DNA of 64,000 nt from Candidatus Omnitrophota bacterium (GTDB taxonomy: Bacteria; Omnitrophota; Gorgyraeia; Gygaellales; Profunditerraquicolaceae), in assembly GCA_003644385.1 (NCBI GenBank), contig QNCD01000001.1, forward strand, positions 598-64,597. Direction: 5' to 3'. Below the pieces are notes generated by a model. The model was not told the origin of the DNA. It did not search any database and saw only the letters and a list, made by a program, of their open reading frames with translations. Every line of letters begins with the position of its first letter. Position 1 is the stretch's first letter. This document shows, in pieces, positions 1 to 8,923 of this stretch. The position numbers and the translations under genes are program-made.

Positions 1-232
1 AATAGTGTTTATCAGAAGGCGCCAGCTTTTGGCATAAATCCCGCATGTCTTGTATGAGGCCTGGCTCATACTCAAAAGTAGTAATGGCAGCAGTAGAGCC
101 AATGACAAAAACCGTTAAATTACCCTTACTCAGCCTGGAAGATTCCAGTATTTCAGAAAGTTGGGGGGTGATATTCAACAGATCTGGGTTTCCCCGCGTA
201 GATAACTCTATTTTTTTGTTTATCACATTCAT
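1..232 (-). CDS. YjbQ/UPF0047 family protein (partial, N-terminal ~77 codons; continues past window start)
   Basis: The minus-strand frame starting ATG at 230-232 translates to MNVINKKIELSTRGNPDLLNITPQLSEILESSRLSKGNLTVFVIGSTAAITTFEYEPGLIQDMRDLCQKLAP, typical of the YjbQ fold. It is not in the ORF track because it is truncated by the window edge. The plus ORF 45..251 is its antisense. Confidence 0.5.
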   Translation of the reverse strand, partial: MNVINKKIELSTRGNPDLLNITPQLSEILESSRLSKGNLTVFVIGSTAAITTFEYEPGLIQDMRDLCQKLAPSDKHY

Positions 233-450
233 AGCTTATATCTGGAAATAAAATAACTATTAAGCTTTAAAAATTTAACAGCAACTGTTTAATTTGCAAT
301 AATATACGTTCCTGATAAAATATTCGCTCTAAAGGCTAAAGACAAACAAATATAATAGCATAAGCAGAGGCCGGTGGCAATAGATTTCCACTGCTGTTTA
401 AGGATGAAAAAAGGCGGGAAAAAAGGATTATACCGGTTTTTTTACCCGTT

Positions 451-723
451 TTAAAGCTTACCTATTAACATAAACGCCCCTACCAAAATAAATAAAGAAG
501 CTGCCGTATATTTAATGAGCTCGGGACGGATGAACCTTCCTAGAGTAGATCCGATCAAAACAGAGAGCGCAGTTACTATAATATATGCGGAAACTGAACC
601 CAGCCACACGGTTAAAGGTTTTTGAGAACGGGAGGCCAAGGTCACCCCTACCATTTGTGTCTTATCTGCTAATTCCGCAAAAAATACAGCCGAAAACGTA
701 ACCGCAAATAGTTTCCAATTCAT
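451..723 (-). CDS. UPF0016 (GDT1/TMEM165-like) single-repeat membrane protein
   Basis: 90 aa with 3 TM segments and an E-x-G-D-K-T-Q motif (ELADKTQ), the signature of UPF0016 half-units. Confidence 0.6.
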   Translation of the reverse strand: MNWKLFAVTFSAVFFAELADKTQMVGVTLASRSQKPLTVWLGSVSAYIIVTALSVLIGSTLGRFIRPELIKYTAASLFILVGAFMLIGKL

Positions 724-774
724 GCTTATTTCTCCTTTTCTAAATATTTTCTAAATAAATACCGTAAAAACATA

Positions 775-1761
775 TTAAAACCTGCTCTTTAAACCCTGCC
801 TGTTATCAATACCATGATCCAATACCCTGCGGTTGACCATAAAATTACTCCCCGGTAATTCCTTAAGATGTTTTTTTATTTCCGAAGAGATATCTGAAAT
901 CATAAGTAAATTCAACATTGCCTCTTTAGAGTTGTTTACAATCGCAATGGATAAGCTCATTAAAGGAATGCGCCTGGTCTTTCCGGTTCTGTCGCTAGAG
1001 ATAATAAAACCGTTTTTTTTGTCTGCCTGAGAATAAAAACCAGAGGATCTTGAATCAAAATCCCTGATAATACCCTTGGCAATCAGTTCTGAATCGTCGC
1101 AAGAACTAATAACCGCAAAATCATCCCCGCCGATGTGCCCTAAAAAAGCCTGTTCATTCTTATTTTGCTCTTCTTTTACTTTTTTAGAAATAATTTTTGC
1201 AGTTTCCGTAATCACCTCATCGCCCTTTAAATAGCCGTATTTGTCATTATAGGATTTAAAATTGTCAATATCGATATAGAGAAATGAAAATTCTTTTTTT
1301 GCTCTCAACCTGTTGTTAAGTTCTTTGTTAATGAGCCTGTTCCCCGGTAATCCGGTTAATGCATTAGCATCAAAATGATGGGCTGCCGAGCGAAGCGCCA
1401 GAATTATCCTGACTTCCAGATCAATAGGGTCCGGAGGCTTAATCAAATAATCATCCACTCCCTCTTCAATAATAAGCAAGTCTCTTCTTAATTGTCTTTT
1501 ATCAATTAAAATAATGGTAGGCGTATAGGCAGTAAGAAAATCGTGTTTGATATTTTTACAGATCTCAAGTCCTCTCTTACCCTGGAAGCTTGAGTCAATA
1601 ATAATTAACGCTGGAGATTCTCTCTTTATGTACTCCACCACTTCCTCTTCTCGCTCAACTATAACTACAATGTATCCCCAGGCCTTAAGAATCCAAACCA
1701 GCATCTCTTCTAATTTTGTTTCTGCTACTGCCAAGGCTATTTTATAGGAATCTTTCTGCAT
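775..1761 (-). CDS. Response regulator receiver + GGDEF domain (putative diguanylate cyclase; active-site motif reads GGDDF)
   Basis: N-terminal CheY-like receiver (LIIID...YLIKP) followed by LTGLPGNRL...DIDNFKSYNDKYGYLKGDEV...HIGGDDF, typical GGDEF-domain blocks. Confidence 0.75.
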   Translation of the reverse strand: MQKDSYKIALAVAETKLEEMLVWILKAWGYIVVIVEREEEVVEYIKRESPALIIIDSSFQGKRGLEICKNIKHDFLTAYTPTIILIDKRQLRRDLLIIEEGVDDYLIKPPDPIDLEVRIILALRSAAHHFDANALTGLPGNRLINKELNNRLRAKKEFSFLYIDIDNFKSYNDKYGYLKGDEVITETAKIISKKVKEEQNKNEQAFLGHIGGDDFAVISSCDDSELIAKGIIRDFDSRSSGFYSQADKKNGFIISSDRTGKTRRIPLMSLSIAIVNNSKEAMLNLLMISDISSEIKKHLKELPGSNFMVNRRVLDHGIDNRQGLKSRF

Positions 1762-1791
1762 TTTTAATATTATGGCACGGATTTATTGATT

Positions 1792-2679
1792 TTAATATTT
1801 TATTTGAAGGCGTAACTCGGTATAAACCGTATCTTTAAGATTTACCTTGCCCTCATCGTCTCTATACTTAAAAGAGCGGTTGAAATCAGCTCCCACACAA
1901 AAAGAAGCTTCCAGGGCAGGTTGGAATTTCAATCTTAGCCCTCCGCCTAAACGCATGCCCTTATAGCGTAAAACCACATTCTCAGAGTCGCCGCGGTCTA
2001 CTTCAAATTCGCTGTTTATAGAGCTAGAGCCTTCTACAAATAAAGCCAGGGATTCATCCAGCATATAAGTAATGTTCGGGCGGATAGGTATAAGATTAAA
2101 TCTTAATTTATCGTTAGGTTTGTATATTAATCCTACCGCCGGTAAAATCTCGTTTTCATAGTCGGGATAAAAGCTAAAGCCCGCCAAAAAGGTTAGTTTT
2201 TCGCTTGGTTGGCGGATAATCAAATAGTAAAAAGGTGTACGAAAACCAGAAGTTTCAGATTCAAAATCGTCGCCGTAAAAAGCCGGAGATATTCCTAAAA
2301 GTTGATAAGTCTTATCGAGACTAAAAAAGGGCAGGATTATTTCCAGTCCCAAGGCCAGGCCGTTTAAGTGTGAAGGCAAGTCTACATTATCTACACTAGA
2401 GTTTATATTAACATAACTGCTGTCCAGGTAAAACTTCATCGGAATCTTATCAAATAATTTAAAATCGTACCCATATTGAGTTGCTGCTTCAGCAATCTCT
2501 ATTTTGCCCGGCATCGCCTCTACGCTGCGCGAAGGCATATACCTTATGTAAGAATCAAGTTCAGTGTACATAATGCCCGCTGGTTTTTCTTGGGGGTAGG
2601 CATTAATTAAAAAACAGTAAGCTAATATTATCTGCAGCAACAAGCTAAAACAAACCGTATTTTTAGCTCCTCTAAACAT
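1792..2679 (-). CDS. Putative outer-membrane beta-barrel protein (hypothetical)
   Basis: Signal-peptide-like N-terminus, alternating amphipathic beta-strand pattern and a C-terminal aromatic residue (…RLQIKY). Family not recognised. Confidence 0.35.
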   Translation of the reverse strand: MFRGAKNTVCFSLLLQIILAYCFLINAYPQEKPAGIMYTELDSYIRYMPSRSVEAMPGKIEIAEAATQYGYDFKLFDKIPMKFYLDSSYVNINSSVDNVDLPSHLNGLALGLEIILPFFSLDKTYQLLGISPAFYGDDFESETSGFRTPFYYLIIRQPSEKLTFLAGFSFYPDYENEILPAVGLIYKPNDKLRFNLIPIRPNITYMLDESLALFVEGSSSINSEFEVDRGDSENVVLRYKGMRLGGGLRLKFQPALEASFCVGADFNRSFKYRDDEGKVNLKDTVYTELRLQIKY

Positions 2680-2693
2680 TTCTTGTTCCCTCG

Positions 2694-3980
2694 CTAGCCA
2701 GGCTGCTGCTCTATAAAATTATTTATATACTCTAAGTTCTTCCGGGTTGCTCCGCTGTGCTGCAGAATTATTTCCATGGCCTGTCCGCATAACCGTTTAA
2801 CCTTTAAGGGGTCATTTAATAACTCTCTGATGTTAACTTCCAGCCCTCTAAAATCCTCAACCATAATTGCTGCTTTAGCTTTCAGAAACGAATTGGCAAT
2901 ATCGCGAAAATTGAACATATACGGACCGAAGATTACCGGCTTACCCAATGCTGCCGGTTCCAGAATATTATGTCCGCCTTTTTTCACCAGGCTCCCCCCA
3001 ATAAACACAACGTCGGCTAAAATATAAAAGGATAAAAGTTGGCCTATTGTATCCAAAATAAATACGGCTTGAGGCTTAAGCTTATCCGGGTCACTGCTTA
3101 AATTAGAAATTAATAGCGGATTGAACCCGGATTTCAATACCAGTTTTTCGATATTCGCTGAACGCTCAGGGTGACGCGGCGCAAACAGAAGCCTTAATCC
3201 GGGGAATTCTTTGCGTAAATTTTTATAAACTGCTAAAATTCCTTCTTCCTCTTGCGCATGGGTGCTGCCGGCGACCAATAATTTTTCCTGCGGCCCTAAT
3301 TTTAAAAGCTGTGCGGCTGGGCCTGCCTGGAAAGCAGCCTTCTCTTGGAAAGACAATGTATTATCAAATTTCATATTACCGCTTACTTGGATTTTATTTT
3401 CTTCTACGCCTAAAGACAATAGTCTCTTCTTATCAGTAGAAGTCTGCACGCAAAAAAGGCTGACTTTATTTAAAACCGGCCTTAAGAAGGGCTTTAATAA
3501 ACGGTATCCCTTAAACGACTTATCCGAAATTCTTCCGTTTATCAATACTATAGGAACATTTCGACGGTAAAGAAAGGTAATCAAATTCGGCCAGATTTCA
3601 GTCTCAGCAATAACAAAAAGGCTAGGCTGAATCGAACTTATGACGCGTTTTACAATGAAACTAAAGTCTAAAGGCAGGTAAGTAACAAAATCCCGCTCTG
3701 AGGCCAAGCTTTTGGCAATTTTATTTCCGGTAGAAGTCACAGTAGAAATGACCAGATTCTTATCAGGATGAGCAATTTTTATTTTCTCGATTAATCCCCT
3801 GATTGCTACGGCTTCCCCCACGCTGACTGCGTGTATCCAAATAGGACGGTTTAATTTTAATTCTTCAGGCAGAAACCCTAAACGCGAAAGAAATCCTGCG
3901 TGGAATTTACGCCTGAACAAATATACCGGAAGATGGACTAAAGAAATTAACAAAAATACTAAATCATACAATATAAACAT
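2694..3980 (-). CDS. waaA: 3-deoxy-D-manno-octulosonic acid (Kdo) transferase
   Basis: N-terminal membrane anchor and an IWIHAVSVGE motif (the WIHAASVGE block of KdtA/WaaA), with a glycosyltransferase C-terminal domain. Confidence 0.85.
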   Translation of the reverse strand: MFILYDLVFLLISLVHLPVYLFRRKFHAGFLSRLGFLPEELKLNRPIWIHAVSVGEAVAIRGLIEKIKIAHPDKNLVISTVTSTGNKIAKSLASERDFVTYLPLDFSFIVKRVISSIQPSLFVIAETEIWPNLITFLYRRNVPIVLINGRISDKSFKGYRLLKPFLRPVLNKVSLFCVQTSTDKKRLLSLGVEENKIQVSGNMKFDNTLSFQEKAAFQAGPAAQLLKLGPQEKLLVAGSTHAQEEEGILAVYKNLRKEFPGLRLLFAPRHPERSANIEKLVLKSGFNPLLISNLSSDPDKLKPQAVFILDTIGQLLSFYILADVVFIGGSLVKKGGHNILEPAALGKPVIFGPYMFNFRDIANSFLKAKAAIMVEDFRGLEVNIRELLNDPLKVKRLCGQAMEIILQHSGATRKNLEYINNFIEQQPG

Positions 3981-4037
3981 AACTTGTTGAATTATACCTA
4001 ATGCACCGTACTCGGTACACCGAACACCGCACTCAAA

Positions 4038-4898
4038 TTAGGCTCGGGGATGCGCTTTATTATAAATGCTTTTTAACCTCTCAGTAGTAAGGTGCGTATA
4101 AACCTGAGTGGTAGATAAATTCGCATGGCCTAGCAACTCTTGCACACTCCTTAAATCCGCTCCCCGGTTCAAAAGGTGGGTGGCAAAAGAATGCCTTAAG
4201 GTATGGCAGGAAACCCCCTGCCTGCCGCAAGCCAAGCGCAGATATTTTTTTACGATATTCCTTATACCCCTGTCGGAGATGCGGGTTTTATTTTTATTTA
4301 AGAATAATACCGGAGAATCCTTTTTCCTCTTATCCAGATAATCACGTATTGCCGAAAGGGCAATATCTCCAACAGGAACAATACGCTCTTTTTTGCCTTT
4401 ACCCGCCACCTTAACTATGCCGCCGATAAAATCTATATCATCGATATTTAACCCGGCGAGTTCGCTTACCCTTATTCCAGTGCTGTAAAATAGTTCTAAT
4501 ATTGCTTTATCGCGAAACCCCATCTCTTCTTTTGCTTTGACTGCCCCCAGTAAACGCAAAACCTCTTCCTCTGTCAAAAATAAAGGGAGATACCTTTCCT
4601 GCTTGGGGGTTAAAACGCTTAATATAGGATTATTCTTTAAAAAACCTTCGCGGGTTAAAAATTTGAAAAAAGACCTGAGCGTCGAAAGCCGGCGGGCAAC
4701 ACTCTTATTTTTAAGATTTTTTCTTTTCAATTGCGCCAGGTATTTCCTTAAGAGAAGGTAGTCTATTTTTTCTAAGGGTAGCTCTTTAAAAAAATTCATG
4801 AAATCTTCCAGATCTAAGCGGTAATTAAGTATAGTATGAGAGGAATAATTTTTTTCGATTTCTAAGTACCTGGCAAATTTTTCAATATATCTTTGCAT
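4038..4898 (-). CDS. xerC: Tyrosine recombinase XerC/XerD family
   Basis: C-terminal catalytic box HTLRHSFATHLL...LLGHANLSTTQVYTHL. It lies in the conserved dprA-topA-xerC (codV-like) arrangement. The XerC versus XerD assignment is tentative. Confidence 0.8.
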   Translation of the reverse strand: MQRYIEKFARYLEIEKNYSSHTILNYRLDLEDFMNFFKELPLEKIDYLLLRKYLAQLKRKNLKNKSVARRLSTLRSFFKFLTREGFLKNNPILSVLTPKQERYLPLFLTEEEVLRLLGAVKAKEEMGFRDKAILELFYSTGIRVSELAGLNIDDIDFIGGIVKVAGKGKKERIVPVGDIALSAIRDYLDKRKKDSPVLFLNKNKTRISDRGIRNIVKKYLRLACGRQGVSCHTLRHSFATHLLNRGADLRSVQELLGHANLSTTQVYTHLTTERLKSIYNKAHPRA

Positions 4899-4903
4899 TT
4901 TAA

Positions 4904-6883
4904 CTATGCGGGCTCAGGAAGAGTGTTGCTGATAAACCTGCATTTGGGATAATTTGTGCAGCCGTAGAAATGGCCCCTCCTGGAATAACGCTCCACTAAT
5001 TCTCCGTTGCATCCGGCTTGAGGGCACTTAACCCCGGTAGTTATAGCCTTGGAATTTTTACAATTAGGAAAATCAGAACAACTCAAGAATTTTCCTTTTC
5101 TTCCCCATTTAACAACCATAGGTTTGCCGCATTTATCGCATATCTGGTCGCTTACGATTACTTCTTTTTTTATGTGCTTCTGGGCAAAATCAAGGTTTTC
5201 CTTAAAAGGAAGGTAAAAATCCTGCAGGACTTTCAATCTTCCAATCTGGCCCTCTTCTATTTCATCAAGCTCCTCCTCCATTGTTGCGGTGAACTTCACA
5301 TTCATCACCCGCGGGAAATACTCTACCAGTAAATCGCTGACCATACAACCCAATTCCGTAGGGTGAAAATATCCTTTAATCCTGCGGATATAATGACGCA
5401 AAATCAGGGTATAAATTATCGGCGCATAGGTAGACGGACGGCCTATACCCTCTTCTTCTAAAATCTTGATTAAAGAACTGTCTGAAAATCTGGGCGGTGC
5501 CTTTGTAAAATGCTGCGAAGTTATCAATTCTATAAGTTTGAGAGTTTCGTCTTTTTTTAACTCGGGAAGCTTGTCTTTTTTTTCTTTATTTTCTTCTTCC
5601 TCCAGATTATAACAAGCCAGGAAACCGTCAAAAATTAAACTGAATCCGGAAGCACTGAATATATAATTTTCCGCTTTTATTTCTACTGAAGTATTTAAAT
5701 AACGCGCTGGCGTCATCTGGCTGGCCAGGAAGCGCCGGTAAATCAACTCGTAAAGCTTGTACTGATCCGGTGTAAGATAGTTTTTAAGGTTCTCCGGTCG
5801 GTGCGAAATTAAAGTAGGGCGGATTGCCTCGTGTGCTGCCTGGACATGTTTTTTTACTTTATAGAAATTAGGCTTAGCTGGTAAATAATCCTTACCGTAA
5901 TTTTGCGCAATAAAAACCCTTACCTGGTTTAATGCCTCCTCTGCGACATGCGTAGAATCCGTGCGCATATAAGTGATTAAACCGACCGGGCTCTCCTGGC
6001 CGATATCTATTCCTTCATAAAGTTGCTGCGCTATCCTCATGGTTTTATTGGCGTTAAACCTTAGCTTATTAAATGCATCCTGCTGTAATGTACTGGTAAT
6101 AAAAGGCGCATAAGGAGAACGTTTTTTTTCGGCCTGTTTAACTTGAGAAACAATAAACTGCTTATTTTTTATATCCGCAACCAGAGAATCGGCCTGTGCC
6201 TTGTCTTTGATTTCTGCTTTTTTATCCCCTATCTTTATAAGTTTTGCTGAGAAAGGACTGACAGTTGAACGCTGAGAAATGAGAGCTTGAACCAGTTTCG
6301 CCTCAATTTCCCAGTATTCCTGAGGCTTGAAATTATTAATCTGTTTTTCCCTTTCTACGATTTGCCTTAAGGCTACAGACTGCACTCTTCCTGCGCTTAA
6401 ACCCCGGGCGATTTTTTTCCAGAGCAGAGGACTTAAAAAATAACCCACCAGACGATCCAGCACCCTGCGTCCGATTTGAGCCTCGACCATATTTAGGTCA
6501 AAATCACGGGGATTTTTGAACGCTTCTTTTACCGCCTGCGGCGTAATTTCATGAAAAACAACGCGCCAAACTTTTTTATTGTTAAAAAGCTTATTTTTAA
6601 TATGCCAGCCAATAGCTTCCCCTTCCCGGTCCGGATCAGTAGCAACAAAAATGTCTTCTTTATTTTTAGATTCTTTCTTTAGCATGGTCAGCGTCTTATT
6701 TCTACCGTGAATAACTTCGTAAGAGGGCTGGAAGCCTTTTTCTATCTCTACACCTAATTTGCTTGCCGGCAGATCAATGAGGTGGCCGTATGATGCGACA
6801 ACGCAATAACTCTTGCCTAATATCTTGCCTAATGTTTTTGCCTTGGTAGGAGACTCTACAATAACTAAAGATGTTTTCTTCAT
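4904..6883 (-). CDS. topA: DNA topoisomerase I
   Basis: Toprim N-terminus (LVIVESPTKAKTLGK...YGHL), a topo IA core, and C-terminal Cys4 zinc-ribbon repeats (CDKCGKPM...CPQAGC...). Confidence 0.9.
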   Translation of the reverse strand: MKKTSLVIVESPTKAKTLGKILGKSYCVVASYGHLIDLPASKLGVEIEKGFQPSYEVIHGRNKTLTMLKKESKNKEDIFVATDPDREGEAIGWHIKNKLFNNKKVWRVVFHEITPQAVKEAFKNPRDFDLNMVEAQIGRRVLDRLVGYFLSPLLWKKIARGLSAGRVQSVALRQIVEREKQINNFKPQEYWEIEAKLVQALISQRSTVSPFSAKLIKIGDKKAEIKDKAQADSLVADIKNKQFIVSQVKQAEKKRSPYAPFITSTLQQDAFNKLRFNANKTMRIAQQLYEGIDIGQESPVGLITYMRTDSTHVAEEALNQVRVFIAQNYGKDYLPAKPNFYKVKKHVQAAHEAIRPTLISHRPENLKNYLTPDQYKLYELIYRRFLASQMTPARYLNTSVEIKAENYIFSASGFSLIFDGFLACYNLEEEENKEKKDKLPELKKDETLKLIELITSQHFTKAPPRFSDSSLIKILEEEGIGRPSTYAPIIYTLILRHYIRRIKGYFHPTELGCMVSDLLVEYFPRVMNVKFTATMEEELDEIEEGQIGRLKVLQDFYLPFKENLDFAQKHIKKEVIVSDQICDKCGKPMVVKWGRKGKFLSCSDFPNCKNSKAITTGVKCPQAGCNGELVERYSRRGHFYGCTNYPKCRFISNTLPEPA

Positions 6884-6889
6884 TATATT

Positions 6890-7996
6890 TTAACTCCTTA
6901 TGAATTTTTTACCCGGTAATTGCTTGATAAGTTTTTTCATTTCTAAACCAAAGAGAGCCTGGAAAACGTCAGCAATACCACAAGCGCTCTTGCTGATTAT
7001 CTCGTCAAAGAGAACAGGTTCCCGGCAAATATTATTATAAATCAGGGATTCCCGGGCGCAAAGACTCTGGATTTTATCCGCTTTAAAAACTTGCTTTCTC
7101 TCGGATGAAAAACGCCTTTTATAAAACATTCTTTCGTCGAACTCTTCTAAAATATCATCTACGCATGTAACTGGTTTGGCCCCCTGCTGTATTAACGAGT
7201 TTACTCCTGATGAATTTGCGCTATCGATCTTTCCGGGAATGGCAAAAACCTCTCTTCCTTGCTCCAGTGCAAAGTCGCTAGTAATCAGCGCTCCGCTGTT
7301 TTTAGCCGCCTCCGCCACCAATACCCCTAAACTTAAACCGCTGATCAGACGGTTTCTTCTCGGAAAATTCTGTTTTAAGGGTTTTGAATCTAGGGAAAAC
7401 TCAGAAATGACCGCGCCTTTTTCCGCAATCTCTTCAGCTAAACTTAAATTCTCAGCAGGATAGATATGCTTAAAGCCGCTTCCGATAACTGCGATAGTGC
7501 GGCCGCCTGACTTTAGAGCTCCTTTATGCGCATAAGTATCAATGCCTCTGGCCATTCCTGAAACAATAGTTATTCCGTAAACAGATAAGTCAGCAGCGAA
7601 TTTTTGTGCAAAGGACAGACCGTAAAAAGAAGCCTGGCGGCTTCCGACTATAGCAATAGCTAAGGCATCTTCTCTTTTTAGTTCTCCCTTTATATATAAT
7701 ACTATCGGCGGATCGCTAATATGCTTTAAATTATGAGGATACTCGCTATTATCCTGAGTAATAATCTTAATGCCTAAATCCCTGGCCTGTTTGAATTCTT
7801 TATCCAAATCTTCATTGCGGCAATTAATTATCTTATCGGCAAGCTCATAATTTATACCGGAGACAGTAACTAATTTATCTGGGCTGGCTTCTAATATATC
7901 CTGCGGCCGGTTAAAATACTCTAAAAGCCTGTTCAGGCGGATGCTGCCGATACCTGCGGCCATATTTAATTTTACCAGCGCTTCGAGCTCTGTCAT
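6890..7996 (-). CDS. dprA: DNA processing protein DprA (Smf)
   Basis: Rossmann-like DprA core with GIDTYAHKGAL...GRTIAVIGSG and a C-terminal winged-helix-like tail. Confidence 0.85.
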   Translation of the reverse strand: MTELEALVKLNMAAGIGSIRLNRLLEYFNRPQDILEASPDKLVTVSGINYELADKIINCRNEDLDKEFKQARDLGIKIITQDNSEYPHNLKHISDPPIVLYIKGELKREDALAIAIVGSRQASFYGLSFAQKFAADLSVYGITIVSGMARGIDTYAHKGALKSGGRTIAVIGSGFKHIYPAENLSLAEEIAEKGAVISEFSLDSKPLKQNFPRRNRLISGLSLGVLVAEAAKNSGALITSDFALEQGREVFAIPGKIDSANSSGVNSLIQQGAKPVTCVDDILEEFDERMFYKRRFSSERKQVFKADKIQSLCARESLIYNNICREPVLFDEIISKSACGIADVFQALFGLEMKKLIKQLPGKKFIRS

Positions 7997-8508
7997 TTTT
8001 TCTTAAGTTTAACTGTGGATTTCAATATTTTATCTGCTACCTGTTTTACTGTTAAACGGCTGGTATCTATAGTTTTATCTGCCCGGGCATAAAAGGGAGC
8101 TCTTAGCTTAAGTAAAAACTCTATTCTTTTTGCGGGATCGCTGACATTCAATAATGGCCGATGGGTTTGGCCTTTAGTGCGCTCAAGAATTACCCGGGGA
8201 CTTGCGGTCAAGCAGATAATCATACCTGTTTCTTTCATTATCTTGACATTAGTTTCATTAATTACGATTCCTCCGCCGCAGGCAACCACGAATTTTTTCT
8301 CCCTGGCCATTTCTTTAAGCACCCGGCTCTCTAGGCGACGGAAATGAGATTCTCCCTCTTGTGCAAAAATCGAATAGATGGTCCTTTCTTCTCTCAGTTC
8401 AATCAATTCATCGAGGTCCACAAAGCGCCATTTTTTCTTTTTAGCCAAAGCCTGGCCTACTGCTGTCTTACCAGTACCCATAAAGCCGACGAGATAAATG
8501 TTACTCAT
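7993..8508 (-). CDS. aroK: Shikimate kinase
   Basis: Walker A GFMGTGKT at the N-terminus; size 171 aa; adjacent to aroC. Confidence 0.85.
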   Translation of the reverse strand: MSNIYLVGFMGTGKTAVGQALAKKKKWRFVDLDELIELREERTIYSIFAQEGESHFRRLESRVLKEMAREKKFVVACGGGIVINETNVKIMKETGMIICLTASPRVILERTKGQTHRPLLNVSDPAKRIEFLLKLRAPFYARADKTIDTSRLTVKQVADKILKSTVKLKKK

Positions 8509-8622
8509 CTGATTTAAATAAAGTCACAAGGCACAAAGACACAAGGCACAAGTAAGACTAGAAAATTAGTTAACCAGTTACAGCCTGTGACGTTGCGACC
8601 TTGTGTCTTGTAACCCATATTT

Positions 8623-8886
8623 TTACTCCTGATATGCTGCTAATACTACTTCGCTTAACTCTTGCTGCAACTCCTTTGTGGTCGGATAAACCGTGCTGTA
8701 CCACTTACCGTCTTTTCCCTGATGTCGAGGCATACTAACAAACAATCCGTTACTGCCGTTTACGATACGCAGGCCCTTTACTACAATGCCCCCGAGTGAA
8801 ACATCGGCAAAAGCCTTAAGCTTGGAATCGCCTTGGACCCGGTGAATACGGCTGACTTCAATCGTATTGCCTTCCATGTCTATCAC
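8623..8886 (-). CDS. spoVG: Septation/regulatory protein SpoVG
   Basis: 87 aa. KLKAFADVSLGG...NGLFVSMPRHQGKDGKWYSTVYP matches the SpoVG consensus (KLKAFA...NGLFVAMPS.K..DG). Confidence 0.85.
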   Translation of the reverse strand: MIDMEGNTIEVSRIHRVQGDSKLKAFADVSLGGIVVKGLRIVNGSNGLFVSMPRHQGKDGKWYSTVYPTTKELQQELSEVVLAAYQE

Positions 8887-8923
8887 CTCCTTCTATACTA
8901 ATAGACGAAGGAAGTGACATTTT

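Noticed and set aside
45-251. Plus-strand 68-aa ORF at the window start
   Set aside because: It is antisense to a much better minus-strand reading: the YjbQ/UPF0047 N-terminus from ATG 230-232 running off the window edge. It has no recognisable features.
4038-4898. XerC-like recombinase as a marker of an integrated mobile element
   Set aside because: It sits in the widely conserved dprA-topA-xerC chromosomal arrangement, with no flanking direct repeats, no compositional shift and no cargo. It is the chromosome-dimer-resolution recombinase.
8515-8620. CRISPR array suggested by recurring GTGAC/CACAAG motifs (also at 22921-22960 and 40410-40440)
   Set aside because: There are no regularly spaced identical repeats with unique spacers. 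The motifs are 5-16 nt, irregular, and partly inside coding sequence. No cas genes are in the window.
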